Shown: positions 1-13,742 of the stretch, in pieces
Numbering within the stretch: position 1 is the first letter of the stretch
Layout of the letters: every line of letters starts with the position of its first letter
NCBI GenBank assembly: GCA_038087875.1
Contig: CM075995.1
Location: 10,914,001 to 10,978,000 of the forward strand
Source of the DNA: Malacoraja senta
Taxonomy: Eukaryota
Length of the DNA: 64,000 nucleotides
Direction of reading: 5' to 3'
Translations under genes and position numbers: made by a program
Notes under the pieces: generated by a model
What the model saw: only the letters and a program-made list of their open reading frames with translations
Told to the model about the DNA's origin: nothing
Database searches by the model: none

Positions 1-1083
1 CTGATCTTCCCGTATCAATAACCCGTGCCTGCCTTCTCCCCATTTCCCTTGACTCCACTAGCCCCTACAGCTCTATCTAACTCTCTCTTAAATCGATCCA
101 GTGATTTGGCCTCCACTGCCCTCTGTGGCAGGGAATTCCATAAATTCACAACTCTCAGGGTGAAAAAGTTTTTTCACACCTCCGTCTTAAATGATCTCCC
201 CTTTATTCTAAGACTGGCCCCTGGTTCTGGACTCGCCCAACATTGGGAACATTGTTCCTGCATCTAGCTTGTCCAGTCCTTTTATAATTTATATGTTTCT
301 ATAAGATTCCCCCTCATCCTTCTAAATTTCAGTGAATATAAGCCTAGTCTTTTCAATCTTTCCTCATATGACAGTCCCGCTATCCCAGGGATCAATCTCG
401 TGAACCTACGCTGCACTGCCTCAATCACAAGGATGTCCTTCCTCAAATTAGGAGACCAAAACTGTTCACAATACTCCAGATGTGGTCTCACCAGAGCCCC
501 ATACAAATGCAGAAGAACCTCTTTACTCCTAAACTGAAATCCTCTTGTTATGAAGGCCAACATTCCATTAGCTTTCTTCACTGCCTGCTGTACCTGCACA
601 CCAACCTTCAGTGACCGGTGTACAAGGACACCCAGGTCTCACTGTACCTCCCCCTTACCTAACGTAACCACATTGAAATATTAATCTGCCCCCCTGTTTT
701 GCCGCCAAAGTGGATAACCTCACATTTATCTATATTATACTGCATCTGCCACGCATCTGCCCACTCACTCAATCTGTCCAGGTCACCCTGCAACCTCCTA
801 ACATCCTCTTCACAGTTCACACTGCCACCCAGCTTTGTGTCATCCGCAAACTTGCTAGTGTTGCTCCTAATTCCCTCTTCCAAATCATTAATATATATGG
901 TAAACAGTTGCGGCCCCAACACCGAGCCTTGCGGCACTCCACTCGCCACTGCCTGCCATTCTGAAAAGGACCCGTTCACTCCTACTCTTTGCTTCCGGTC
1001 TGCCAACCAATTTTCTATCCATGTCAACACCCTACCCCCAATACCATGTGCTCTAATTTTAGTCACCAGTCTCCCGTGCGGGA
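1..1083 (-). mobile_element. CR1 LINE, 3' part of ORF2 (RT) and 3' UTR, degenerate
   Basis: ORFs 659-1138 and 282-599 contain [18 protein letters not shown] and RPHLEYC. Closely similar to the copy at 34284-35360. Confidence 0.92.
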
Positions 1084-1560
1084 CCAGTTGGAAATGAAAA
1101 GGTCTAAAGAAGGTACAGGACCATCGGGGGGAGTCCAAGATGAGGGGGTTCGTTGCTGACGCGAGAAGGGGTCATCACTGGGTGGTGAGGATTCCTTCCC
1201 ATAGAAAAAGGCCCAGAGGCGGAGGCAACGGAAGAAGAGCTCTACATCATGGCGGACCCGGAACTCATTAAGGTGAGGGCAGACGGGAACAATGGTGAGG
1301 CCTCTGCTGAGGACAGATTGTTCTGTATCAGAAACGGGGAGGTCAGGGGGATGGTGAACACACGGCAATGGTGGGGTTTGGGGTAGGAGGAAGGCAGGTG
1401 AGTAAATGGAGTCCGAGGCGATGTCTGGTGGGGGTGGGGTGATGGTGGGTGTTTGGAGAGGAGGGGAGCACGAGGACTATTGTATGGGTGGGGAGTATGT
1501 GTGGCCGCCTGGCTAAAAGGGGAAAAGGAAGAACCAGTGGAACCCCAACTGATGCACCCT
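1084..1560 (-). mobile_element. Penelope-like element fragment (N-terminal part of the RT ORF)
   Basis: ORF 1063-1368 (SVLSRGLTIVP...DVELFFRCLRLWAFF...WTPP) matches the N-terminal region of PLE RT proteins. Confidence 0.75.
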
Positions 1561-1574
1561 CTCTGTTTTTGTAT

Positions 1575-1930
1575 CCAGTCCTCTTGTTATGAATGCCGGC
1601 ATTGAATTTGCCTTCCTTACTACCAATTCGACTTGGAAATTAACTTTTTAGGAGTCCTGCACCAGCACTCCCAAGTCCGTATGCGCCTCCGTTTTTTTGG
1701 ATTCTTTTCCATTTGGAAAATAATCTGCACCTTTATTCTTATTACCAAAATGCATGACTGCACACTTTACTATATTGATTTCATCTGCCACTCCTCTGCC
1801 CACACCGCTAACCTGCACAAGTCCTTCTGCGGAGTCTTTGCTTCCACTACACTGCATAAACCTCCACCTATCTTAGCATCATCTGCAAACTTGGACACAA
1901 AGCCTTCAACCCTCATCCGAATCATTAATA
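1575..1930 (-). mobile_element. Degenerate CR1 RT fragment
   Basis: FVSKFADDAKIGG and KCAVMHFG in broken ORFs. Confidence 0.75.
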
Positions 1931-1949
1931 TACAAATACATTGATATCT

Positions 1950-3345
1950 TGGTAGTCCCATCTACCTGCACTCAGACCATAACCCTCCATTCCTTTCCCG
2001 TCCATATACCTATCCAATTTATTTTTAAATGATAAAATCGAACCTGCCTCCACCACTTCCACTGGAAGCTCATTCCACACAGCTACCATTCTCTGAGTAA
2101 AGAAGTTCACCCTCATGTTACCCCTACACTTCTGTCCCTTAATTCTCAAATCTGTCCCTTAATTCTCTTAATGTCCTCTTGTTTGAATCTTTCCTACTCT
2201 CAATGGAAAAAGCTTATCCACGTCAACTCCGTCTATCCCTCTCATCATTTTAAAGACCTCTATCAAGTCCCCCCTTAACCTTCTGCGCTCCAAAAAATAA
2301 AGACCTAACTTGTTCAACCTTTCTCTGTAACTTAATTGCTGAAACCCAGGCATCATTCTATTAAATCTCCTCTGTACTCTCTCTATTTTGTTGACATCTT
2401 TCCTATAATTTGGCGAACAAAATTGTACACCATACTCCAGAATTGGCCTCACCAATGCCTTGTAAAATTTTAACATTACATACCAACTTCTATACTCAAT
2501 GCTCTGATTTATAAAAGCCAGCACACCAAAAGCTTTCTTTACCACCCTATCTACATGAGATTCCACCTTCAGGGAACCATGCAGTTATTCCTAGATCCCT
2601 CTGTTCAACTGCATTCCTCAATTCGCTACCATTTACCATGTACGTACTATTTTGATTTGTCCTGCCAAGTTGTAGCACCTCACACTTATCAGCATTAAAC
2701 TCCATCTGCCATCTTTCAGCCCTCTCTTCCAAATGGCCTAAATCTCACTGTAGACTTTGAAAATCTACTTAATTATCCACAACACCACCTATCTTAGTAT
2801 CATCTGCATACTTACTAATTCAATTTACCACACCATCATCCAGATCATTGATGTATATGACAAACAACAGTGGACCCAACACAGATCCCTGAGGCACCCC
2901 ACTAGTCACCGGCCTCCCACCTGACAAACAGCCATCCACCATTACTCTCTGGCATCTCCTATTCAGCCACTGTTGAATCCATCTTGCTACTCCACCATTA
3001 ATACCCAACAATTGAACCTTCTTATTGTGGAACCTTGTCAAAGGCCTTACTGAAGTCCATATAGACAACATCCACCACTTTACCCTCATCAATTTCCCTA
3101 GTAACCTCTTCAAAAAATTCAAGAAGATTAGTCAATCATGACCTTCCAGGCACAAATCCATGTTGACTGTTCCTAATCAGACCCTGTTGATCCAGATGCT
3201 TAAATATATTATCTCTAAGTATCCTTTCCATTAATTTGCCCACAATTGACGTCAAACTAACAGGTCTATAATTGCTAGGTTTACGCTTAGAATCCTTTTT
3301 AAGCAACAGCACAACATGCACAGTACGCCAATCCTCCGGCACCAT
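1950..3345 (-). mobile_element. CR1 LINE, subfamily B (KYADD type), RT plus 3' end, frameshifted
   Basis: Fragmented ORFs [34 protein letters not shown]. Same subfamily as 20093-21935 and 58304-60331. Confidence 0.9.
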
Positions 3346-4225
3346 TGCTGGGTGGCAGTGCGAACTGAGAAGAGGACGCTAGTAGGTTGCAGGGTGAGTT
3401 GGACAGTGTGAGTGGGTGGGCAATGCATAGCAAATGCAGTATAATATGGATAAATGTGAGGTTATCCATTATGGCGGCATGAACAAGGAGGCAGATTATT
3501 ATCTCAATGGTTCAGATTAGGAAAAAGGGAAGTGCAACGAGACCTGGGTGTCCTTGTACACCAGTCACTGAAAGTAAACATGCAAGTAGAGCAGGCAGTG
3601 AAGAAAGCTAATGGCATGTTGGCCTTCATAACGAGGATTTGAGTATAGCAATAAATAGGTCCTCTGCAGTTGTACAGGGCCCCAGTGAGACCACATCTGG
3701 AGTATTGCGTGCAGTTTTGGTCTACTAATTTCAAGAAGGACATCCTTGCTATTTAGGCAGTGCAGCGTAGGTTCACGAGGTTAATCACCGGGATGGCGAG
3801 GAAAGATTGGAAAGAGTGGGCTTGTATTCACTGGAATTTAGAAGGATGAGAGGTTATCTTCTGGAAACATATACAATTTTAAAAGGACTGGACAAACTAG
3901 ATGCAGGAAACATTTTCTCAATGTTGGAGGTCCAGAACCAGAGGCCACAGTCTAAGAATAAAGGAGAGGCCATTTGAAACTGAAATGGGAAAAAACCTTT
4001 TCACCTTTTTTGTGAATTTGTGGAATTCTCTGCCAGATCGCGATAGAAGCCAATTCACTGGATGAATTTAAAAGAAAGTTAGATAGAGCTCTTGGGGCTA
4101 GCGGAATCTAGGGATATAGGGAGAAGGCAGGCACGGGTTACTGATTGTGGATGATCAGCCATAATTGCAATGCTGGCTCGAAGGGCCAAATTACCTCCTC
4201 CTGCACCTATTTTCTATGTTTCTAC
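3346..4225 (+). mobile_element. CR1 3' fragment with terminal (TTTCTATG)-type tail
   Basis: CR1 ORF2 C-terminal nucleotide similarity, ending ctcctgcacctattttctatgtttcta. Confidence 0.85.
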
Positions 4226-4229
4226 GGAT

Positions 4230-5010
4230 GATGCAAATATCTCTACAAGGGCCTCAATTTCCTCCCTACCTTCCCACAAACACATTTATCGGTTTTAAAA
4301 CCACATATATATCTTCTGTGTATATGATCTACTACATCAAAATTCCTATGCCTCAATTCTTGGCTTCCACGATTGTCTCTTCAGTGAAAGCTGGAGAAAT
4401 ATTCATTTGACATTGCCCCCATCTTGCAGCCCTGCATAAAGTCACCCATTCTGATCTTAAGCAGGCTATTCTCTCCCTCACCACTCTTTTACTCTTAATA
4501 CACCCATAGACTCTCTTTGGATGCTCCTTTACCTTATATGCCAGCTCTATTTCATGTTGCCATTTTGCCCTCCTGAATGCCTCCGCAAGTGAACTACACT
4601 TTCTTCTAAAGCATAGATTTGATTGAACCCGGCTGCCTGTATCATCCTTGAGCAGAGCCTCAACATCTCTGATAACCAGCTGACCATCTTTGTCCTTCAC
4701 CCTATCAGGAACAAGGTCTCCTTATCCTCTTGTTAGCTCATGGTACTAAATGGTTGTCTGTTGTTTGGATCAGGATTATACTCATTTTCGCTCACCATCA
4801 GAAGCATTTGAGCAGATATACATCTCGCTATCATTCAATCCACTTGGGAGTTCAATCCAAGCATACGTGAGGATAAATATTAGGGGAAAATATACATTAA
4901 ATGTAAAACCCCTTAACACGATTGATGTACAGAGAGATCTTGGTGTCCAAATCCAAAGCTCCCTGAAAGTGGCAACACAAGTAGCTGGACTGGCAAAGAA
5001 TGTGCATGGC
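4230..5010. mobile_element. Old degenerate CR1 fragments in both orientations
   Basis: Minus-strand KVKEHPKRVYGCIKSKRVVRERI and plus-strand VQRDLGVQIQSSLKVATQV. Confidence 0.6.
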
Positions 5011-5029
5011 ACAGAAGGTGTGAGACAAA

Positions 5030-6350
5030 GGGATTGAAGATTTGCAAATTGTGAAGCTAGAGGAAGAAATGAAGATGGAGGGGGAGTGAAGAAATAGGTG
5101 CGAGTTCAGGTGCGGAATTGGGGGTGGGGAGGGGAAAAGGGGAGTAAGTAATGACAACAAGGAGACAGGATATGATGGAAAAAGGGAGAGGTTCTGGCAG
5201 TTATTAAAAATTGGATGATTGAATGTTCATGCCGTTGGGTCGTAAACTACCCAAGCAGAATATGAGGTGTTGTTCCTCCAGTTCGCGTGGACTTCACTCT
5301 GACAATGGATGAGGCTGAGGGCAGAAAGGTCAGTGTGGGAATGGGAAGAAGACTTAAAATGGTTGGCAATAGGAGATCCAGCAGACCTTGGCAGACCAAG
5401 AGTAAGTTTCAGCTAAATGATCTGAGTCCATGCTTGGTCTTGCTGATGTACAGCAGACCACATCGGGAACACTGGATATAGTAGTTAGAGGGGGTGCATG
5501 CAATTCTATGTCTTACGTGGAAGGACTGCTGGTGTTCCTGGATGGAGGAAGTATAGGGACTGGTGTTACATCTCTGCAGTTGGAGGCTAAAGTACTTGGG
5601 GAGGGGCTGGTTTAAGTGGGCAAGGAGTTGCGGAGAGAGCGGTCACTGCAGAAGGCAGAAAGGGGTGGAGATGGAAAGATGTGACTGGCGGTGGGATCAC
5701 ATTGGAGGTGATGGAAATGTCAGACGATGATGTGTTGGCTTCAGAGGTCAGTGTGCTGAAAGGCGAGGACCAGGCGGTCTCTATCCTTGTTCTGATTGTG
5801 GGGGTTGGGAGGGGGAGAAGCAAGAGCAGAACTACAGAACACAAGGAGCCATCTTTGACAGCAGGAGGAAATTCCATTTTTATGAAAGAACATCTTGAAT
5901 GTCCTAGAATGGAAAGTCTCATGTTGGGAGCAGATGCAATTGAAATGGAGATATTGAGAATAGGAGATAATGCAACAGGCAAGGAAGTATCATCCAGTTA
6001 AGTCTGGTAGTCGGTAACGTTTGTAGATGATAATTGATAGTCTGTCCTCTGTGAGAGAGACTGAGAGATCAAGAAAGTGTAGTGTGGTGTAATAGATAGT
6101 CCAGGTTGAAGGTTAGTCGTAAAGTTAATGTTATCAGTTTGGTGTGGGTGCAGGAGGCAGCCCCGATGCAGTCAAGAAAGAGTTGGGGGATGTGCCAGTG
6201 CACATTTGGAAAAAGGACTCCTCGACGTACCGACAAAAAGGCAGGCGTAGCAGGGGCCAACGTGAGTGCCCACAGCTACAACTTTAACTTGGAGAAAGTC
6301 AGAGGAGTCAAATGATAAGTTGCTGAGGGTGAGGTCAAGTTTAGACAGAG
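5030..6350 (-). mobile_element. Degenerate Penelope-like element (RT C-terminus, GIY-YIG region, 3' flank)
   Basis: Nucleotide similarity to the reverse complement of 46970-47800 and to 41700-42540. Confidence 0.7.
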
Positions 6351-6749
6351 TGGAGTGTTGGTAGAGGGAAATTAGTAGAAAGATCCAGTTGTGGTGGTCA
6401 ATGCTGGTACCAATGACGTAGGTAGATTGAGGAAAGAGGTTCTGCTAAGGGGATTTGAACAGCTAGGCACCAAATTGAAAAGCAGAATCAAGAAGGTAAT
6501 AATCTCTGGATTGCTACCTGAGCCACATGCAAATTGGCATAGGGTTGAGAAGATTAGAGAGTTGAATGTGTAGCTCTAAGACTGGTTTGGAAGAAGTGGG
6601 TTTGAATTTGACAGACAATGGCACCAGTATTGGAGAAGGAGGGAATTGTCCTCACTGGTGGACTCCACTTGAACCTGGCTGGGACCAGAGTCCTGGTAAA
6701 CCATATAACCAGAGCCGTATATAGAGCTTTAAACTGAGTGGCGGAGGGA

Positions 6750-7300
6750 TAGAAACATAGAAACATAGAAAGTAGGTGCGAGAGTAGACCACCAGGCCCA
6801 TCGAGCCCGCACCGCCACTCGCTCATGGCCGAACACCAAACAGACACCCCTACCCACAAACAGTAGACACAAGACACAGAACACAAGACACTACCCTCCC
6901 CTTTATATCGCTATCACCCCTCTCAACCCCAAGAACCGCGTGATCTCCTGGGGGAGGCAAAAAACCGGATAAAAACCCAGGTCCAATTCGGGAAAAAAAT
7001 CCGGGAAATTCCTCTCCGACCCCAATCCAGGCGATCGACACTTGTCCAGGAGATCACTCAGGTCTTACTATACTAACCATACCTAGGTCCATATCCCTGC
7101 CCTCTCCCCGTAGCCCCTTATCCCCTTGGCAGCTAAAAAACCATCTATTTTAGACTTAAATATATTTAATGTTTCTGCTTCCACTGCTCCCTGGGGCAGT
7201 GAATTCCATAAATTAACCACCCTCTGGGTGAAGAAGTTCTTCCTCATCTCAGTTTTAAAAGAGCCCCCTCTTATTCTACAACTATGTCCCCTAGTTCTAG
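6750..7300 (-). mobile_element. 5'-truncated CR1 3' end with long 3' UTR and (TTTCTATG)n tail
   Basis: ORF 7083-7313 (SRTRGH...FFTQRVVNLWNSLP). The tail reads agaaacatagaaacatagaa at 6751. Confidence 0.85.
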
Positions 7301-8015
7301 ATGGGGTCAACAACGTGGATATGTATGGGCGGAGTTAAAGGGAGAGAGTGCAGGAACGTTTACAGAAGTTTCCAGGAGCAATAGGACAGAAGGTTTATGA
7401 GGGATAAGAAAGTAAAATCAGTGTGAGAGGGGGGATGGTGAACACCAAATTAAAGGTGCTATATTTGAATGCACGTAGTATAAGGAACAAAGTTGATGAG
7501 CTTGTAGCAGTTAGAAATTGGTAGGTACGATGTGGGCATTACAGAGACGTGGCTGCAAGAGTATCAGAGCAGGGAGCTGAATATTTAAGGTTACACGTCC
7601 TATTGGAAAGTCAGACTGGTGGGCAGAGTGGCTGGGGTAGGTCTGCTGGCAGCGAATACAATTCCGTCCTTAGCAAGGGGTGACGTAGGATCAGAAAATG
7701 TAGTCATTGTGAGTAGAGCTGAAAACTGAAAAGACCATGATGGGAGTTATCTACTGATCCCCAAACAGTAGCTGGAATATAGGGTACATTAATCAGGGGA
7801 TACAATCTTGAAATCTTCAAAGAAAATCACTGTTACGGTGGTCATGGGAGATTTCAATATGCAGGTTGACTGGGAAAATCAGTTTGGTACTGGAACCCAA
7901 GAGAGGGAATTTGTAGAATGGTTTCTTGGAGCAGCTTGTAGTAGAGCCCACCAGGGAAAAGGCATTTGTGGATTTAGAGTGCAATGAACCGGATTTGATA
8001 AGGGAACTCAAGGTA

Positions 8016-8838
8016 ACGACACAATCCTGATTGGACTGATCCAGGTTGGGGAGGAATCTGCCTACAGACAGGAAGTGTCACAGCTGGCATCCTGGTGCCG
8101 TAGCAACAACCTAGAGCTCAATGCTCTTAAGAGTGGAATTGATTGTAGACTTTAGGAGAGCTCCCCCTCCCCTCACCCCACTCACCATCAACAACACCAC
8201 AGTCACATCTGTGGAGTATTTTAAGTTCCTGGGAACCATCATCTCCAAGGACCTTAAGTGGGGGGCTACCATCGACTCCACAGTCAAAAAGGCACAACAG
8301 CGGATGTACTTCCTGCGGCAGCTGAGGAAGCATAATCTGCCACAGGCAATGATGGTACAATTCTACACGGCCATCATAGAGTCTGTTCTCACCTTCTCCA
8401 TCATGGTCTGGTTTGGCTCAGCCACCAAGCACACCTGGAGGCTGCAGCAAATCGTCCGCTCAGCAGAGAAGATTATTGGCTGCAACCTTCCCTCCATTGA
8501 TGAACTGTACACGGCAAGGGCCAGGAAGCGAGCGGGCAAGATCATTTCTGACCCCTCTCACTCTGGCCACAAACACTTTGAATCACTTCCCTCTGGAAGG
8601 TGACTCCGGATTGTCAAAGCTGCAACAGCCAGACATAAAAACAGTTTTTATCCACGAGTAGTTGCTCTACTCAACAGCCAAAAATCTGTAGCCTCCCTTT
8701 GATCTGGTATTTTGTTGGTTCAGATGCTTGATCAATGGTGTTTTATCATTAATGTCTTATTATTATTAATGTTTAGTGGTTTCTGAATCATTCGTAACTG
8801 TCACTGTATGTCATGTTGTTACTTGACATACTTACTTA
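8016..8838 (+). mobile_element. Rex1/Babar-type LINE 3' fragment
   Basis: ESAYRQEVSQLASWCRSNNLELN, then ELIVDFRR, FKFLGTIIS, KKAQQRMYFLRQLRK and FYTAIIESVLT, with a (TACT)-like tail. Confidence 0.85.
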
Positions 8839-9453
8839 AAGGAACCACTAGGAGGAGGCAACCACAATATGATAAGATTCAACCTGCAATTTGAAAGGGA
8901 GAACATGAAATTTGATGTGTCAGTATTACAGCTGAGCAAAGGGAATTACAGAGGGAAGAGGAGCTGGCCAAAGTTGACAGGAAAGCGACCCTAGGAGGAA
9001 TGACGGTTGAACAGCAATGGCAGGAATTTCTCAGAATAATTTGGAAGATGCAGGATCTTTTCATTCCAAAGAGGAAGAAATATTCTTGGGGTAGAATGAG
9101 GCGACCGTGGCTGGCGTCAAGGACTGCATAAAATTAATACAGAAAGCATATAACAATGCAAAGATTAGTGGGAAGCCAGAGGATTTCGGAAGCTTAAGAA
9201 CAACAGAAGGTAACTTAAAAGGCGTTAGATACATAGATACATAGAAAATAGGTGCAGGAGTAGGCCATTCGGCCCTTCGAGCCTGCACCGCCATTCAATA
9301 TGATCATGGCTGATCATCCAACTCAGTATCCCGTACCTGCCTTCTCTCCATACCCCCTGATCCCTTTAGCCACAAGGGCCACATCTAACTCCCTCTTAAA
9401 TATAGCCAATGAACTGGCCTCAACTACCCTCTGTGGCAGAGAGTTCCAGAGAT

Positions 9454-12400
9454 TCACCACTCTCTGTGTGAAAAAGTTTTTTCCATCTCGGTCTTAAAGG
9501 ATTTCCCCCTTATCCTTAAGGTGTGACCCCTTGTCCTGGACTTCCCCAACATCGGGAACAATCTTCCTGCATCTAGCCTGTCCAACCCCATAAGAATTTT
9601 ATACGTTTCTACAAGATCCCCTCTCAATCTCCTAAATTCTAGCGAGTATGAGCCAAGTCTATCCAGTCTTTCTTCATATGAAAGTCCTGACATCCCAGGA
9701 ATCAGTCTGGTGAACCTTCTCTGCACTCCCTCTATGGCTATAATGTCCTTCGTCAGATTTGGAGACCAAAACTGTACGCAATACTCCAGGTGTGGTCTCA
9801 CCAAGACCCTGTACAACTGTAGTAGAAACTCCCTGCTCCTATACTCAAATCCTTTTGCTATGAAAGCTAACATACCATTCGCTTTCTTCACTGCCTGCTG
9901 CACCTGCATGCCTACTTTCAATGACTGGTGTACCATGACACCCAGGTCTCGCTGCATCTCCCCATTTCCTAATCGGCCACCATTTAGATAATAGTCTGCC
10001 TTCCGTTTTTTGCCACCAAAGTGGATAACCTCACATTTATCCACATTATACTGCATCTGCCATGCATTTGCCCACTCACCCAGCCTATCCAAGTCACCTT
10101 GCAGTCTCCTAGCATCCTCCTCACAGCTAACACTGCCCCCCAGCTTAGGGTCATCCGCAAACTTGGAGATGTTGCTTTCAATTCCCTCGTCCAGATCATT
10201 AAAATAAATTGTAAATAGCTGGGGTCCCAGCACTGAGCCTTGCGGTACCCCACTAGTCACTGCCTGCCATTGTGAAAAGGACCCGTTTACTCCTACTCTT
10301 TGCTTCCTGTTTGCCAGCCAGTTCTCTATCCACATCAATACTGAACCCCCAATACCGTGTGATTTAAGTTTGTATCCTAATCTCTTATGTGGTACCTTGT
10401 CGAAAGCCTTCTGAAAGTCAAGATACAACACATCCACTGGTTCTCCCCTATCCACTCTACTAGTTACATCCTCGAAAAATTCTATAAAATTCGTCAGACA
10501 CGATTTACCTTTCGTAAATCCATGCTGACTTTGTCCAATGATTTCACCACTTTCCAAATGTGCTGCTATCCCATCTTTAATAACTGACTCTAGCAGTTTC
10601 CCCACTACCGATGTTAGACTAACTGGTCTGTAAATCCCCGTTTTCTCTCTCCCTCCCTTCTTAAAAAGTGGGGTTACGTTTGCTACCCTCCAATCCTCAG
10701 GAACTACTCCAGAATCTAAAGAGTTTTGAAAAATTATCACTAATGCATCCACTATTTCTGGAGCTACTTCCTTAAGTACTCTGGGATGCAGCCTATCTGG
10801 CCCTGGTGATTTATCGGCCTTTAATCCATTCAATTTACCCAACACCACTTCCCGACTAACCTGGATTTCACTCAGTTCCTCCATCTCCTTCGACCCGCGG
10901 CCCCCTGCTATTTCCGGCAGATTATTGATGTCTTCCTTAGTGAAGACGGAACCAAAGTAGTTATTCAATTGGTCCGCCATATCCTTGTTCCCCATGATCA
11001 ATTCACCTGTTTCTGACTGCAAGGGACCTACATTTGTTTTAACTAATCTCTTTCTCTTCACATGGACGGGAAAGGAATGGAGGGTTATGGTCTGAGTGCA
11101 GGTAGATGGGACTAGGGGGAAGTATTTATTTTTAATTAAAAAAAAAAAATTAAAAAAAATGTTCGGCACGGACTTGAAGGGCCGAGATGGCCTGTTTCCG
11201 TGCTGTTATGGTTATATGGTTATATATATCTATAAAAACTTTTGCAGTCAGTTTTTATGTTCCCTGCCAGTTTCCTTTCATAATCTATTTTCCCTTTCCT
11301 AATTAAGCCCTTTGTCCTCCTCTGCTGGTCTCTGAATTTCTCCCAGTCCTCTGGTATGCTGCTTTTTCTGGCTAATTTGTACGCATCATCTTTTGCTTTG
11401 ATACTATCCCTGATTTCCCTTGTTATCCACGGATGCACTACCTTTCCTGATTTATTCTTTTGCCAAACTGGGATGAACAATTTTTGTAGTTCATCCATGC
11501 AGTCTTTAAATGCCTTCCATTGCATATCCACCGTCAACACTTTTAGAACTAATTGCCAGTCAATCTTGGCCAATTCACGTCTCATACCCTCAAAGTTACC
11601 TTTCTTTAAGTTCAGAACCGTTGTTTCTGAATTAACAATGTCACTCTTCATCCTAATGAAGAACTCAACCATATTATGGTCACTCTTGCCCAAGGGGGCA
11701 CGCACAAGTCTGCTAACTAACCCTTCCTCATTACTCAATACCCAGTCTAGAATAGCCTGCTCTCTCGTTGGTTCCTCTACATGTTGGTTTAGATAACTAT
11801 CCCTCATACATTCCAAGAAATCCTCTTCCTCAGCACCCCTGCCAATTTGATTCACCCAATCTATATGTAGATTGAAGTCACCCATTATAACTGTTTTGCC
11901 TTTGTTGCACGCATTTCTAAATTTGTGTTTGATGCCATCCCCAACTTCACTACTACTGCTAGGTGGCCTGTACACAACACCCACCAGCGTTTTCTGCCCC
12001 TTAGTGTTTCGCAGCTCTACCCATACCGATTCCACATCCTCCAAGCTAATGTCCTTCCTTTCCACTGCGTTAATCTCCTCTCTAACCAGCAACGCTACCC
12101 CACCTCCTTTTCCTTTCTCTCTATTCCTCCTGAATATTGAATATCCCTGGATGTTCAGCTCCCAACCTTGGTCACCCTGGAGCCATGTCTCCGTGATCCC
12201 AACTATATCATAATCATTAATTGCTATCTGCACGTTCAACTCATCCACCTTATTATGAATGCTCCTTGCATTGAGACACAAAGCCTTCAGGCTTGTTTTT
12301 ACAACGCTCTTACCCCTTATACAATTATGTGGAAAAGTGGCTCTTTTTGATTTTTGCCCTGGATTTGTCTGCCTGCCACTTTTACTTTTCACCTTGCTAC

Positions 12401-12782
12401 CTATTGCTTCCGCCCGCATTTTACACCCCTCTGTTTCTCTGCTCACCCATTTAAGAACCCCACCACCTCTTATTCTCTGTTTATTATTGTTTTTTTCTTT
12501 TCCCCCTACATGTTGGGTCTGAGTGCTTTCCATCTCTGCCTCCTGCCTCACACACTGTCTAACAGCTTTCTCTATTTGAGTCCCTCCCCCCAACCATTCT
12601 AGTTTAAAGTCTCCCCAGTAGCCTTTGCAGATCTCCCCGCCAGGATATCGGTCCCCCTCAGGTTCAAGTGCAACCCATCCTTTTTGTACAGGTCGAACCT
12701 TCCACAAAAGAGATCCCAATGATCCAGAAATTTGAATCCCTGCCTTCTGCACCAGTCCTTCAGCCACGCATTTATCCTCCAC
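9454..12782 (-). pseudogene. CR1 ORF2 (APE endonuclease plus RT), interrupted
   Basis: NARSI, ITETWL, YRPP, GDFN and SDHN in 11220-12782. [20 protein letters not shown] and FADD in 9454-11062. Confidence 0.92.
11063..11225 (+). mobile_element. Short 3' end of a subfamily-B CR1 inserted in ORF2 of the young CR1, itself carrying an A-rich insert
   Basis: Matches 21809-21935 and 60193-60331. Absent from the paralogous site at 49041-49060. Confidence 0.9.
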
Positions 12783-13534
12783 CTCGCTCCATTCCTACTC
12801 TCATTGTCGCGTGGCACAGGCAGTAATCCCGAGATTGTTACCTTTGCTGTCCTTCTCTTTAACTCCCCTCCTAACTCCCTAAATTCTCCTTTCAGGACCA
12901 CTTCTCTTTTTTTACCTATGTCATTGGTACCTATATGTATCACAACCTCGGGCTCTTCTCCCTGCCCTTTCAGGATGTCTTGGACACGTTGAGACACATC
13001 ACAGACCCTGGCACCAGGGAGGCAAACTACCATCCGGGTCTCCCGACTGCGTCCACAGAATCGCCTGTCTGACCCCCTAACTATAGAGTCCCCTATTAGT
13101 ATTGCCCTCCTCTTCTTTTCCTTACCCTTCTGAGCAACAGGACCAGTCTCTATACCGGAGGCCCGGCCGATGTCGCTACCCCCAGGTAGGCTGTCCACCC
13201 CAACAGTGCTCAAACAGGAGTACTTATTGTCAAGGTGTACAGCCACCGGGGTACTCTCTAGCCCCTGCCTGTGCCCCTTGCCTCTCCCAACCGTGATCCA
13301 CTTGCCTGCCTCCTGTGGTGTTGGAGTGACCACATCCCTGTAACTCCTCTCAATGACTTCCTCGCTCTCCCTGACCAGACGGAGGTCATCGAGCTGCTGC
13401 ACCAGGTTCCTAATACGGTCCATTAGGAGCCCCATCTCGATACACCTGGTGCAGATGTGGACGTCTGGAGGGCTATCAGACTCCATGACTTCCCACATCT
13501 GACATCCAGAACAGTAAACTGCCCTGGCCCTCAT
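12599..13534 (-). CDS. CR1 ORF1p: N-terminal Cys zinc finger and coiled coil plus SGNH esterase domain
   Basis: CSGC...CTRC, a leucine heptad region, and the SGNH blocks GDSIVR, LPGA, HIGTND and DGLHL. ATG at 13532-13534. Confidence 0.85.
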   Translation of the reverse strand: MRARAVYCSGCQMWEVMESDSPPDVHICTRCIEMGLLMDRIRNLVQQLDDLRLVRESEEVIERSYRDVVTPTPQEAGKWITVGRGKGHRQGLESTPVAVHLDNKYSCLSTVGVDSLPGGSDIGRASGIETGPVAQKGKEKKRRAILIGDSIVRGSDRRFCGRSRETRMVVCLPGARVCDVSQRVQDILKGQGEEPEVVIHIGTNDIGKKREVVLKGEFRELGGELKRRTAKVTISGLLPVPRDNESRNGARWRINAWLKDWCRRQGFKFLDHWDLFCGRFDLYKKDGLHLNLRGTDILAGRSAKATGETLN

Positions 13535-13551
13535 ACTCCCCTTACCCTGGA

Positions 13552-13621
13552 TAGAATACAAAACAAACTGCTAGAATACAAAACAAACTGCTAGAATACA
13601 AAACAAACTGCTAGAATACAG
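13552..13621. repeat. 20-bp tandem repeat (TAGAATACAAAACAAACTGC), about 3.5 copies
   Basis: Read directly. Confidence 0.95.
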
Positions 13622-13742
13622 TACAATCAGCAGGGATCTGACTCCCAATCAGCTGCTCCCTCGTGTCTGCTTCCACCAATCAGCGGCTTCCTCAAACCCA
13701 CTTGTTTTTGAAGTGGAACTTGGAACGTTACAGATTTGGGTA

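Noticed and set aside
699..1097. Recurrent antisense ORFs ([11 protein letters not shown]..., also 10010, 34262, 48005)
   Set aside because: Shadow frames opposite CR1 RT. Recurrence reflects repeat copies, with no independent evidence of coding.
9454..11169. 571-aa ORF as an intact RT gene with a novel N-terminus
   Set aside because: The first 36 residues come from the antisense inserted CR1 tail. The rest is interrupted CR1 ORF2.
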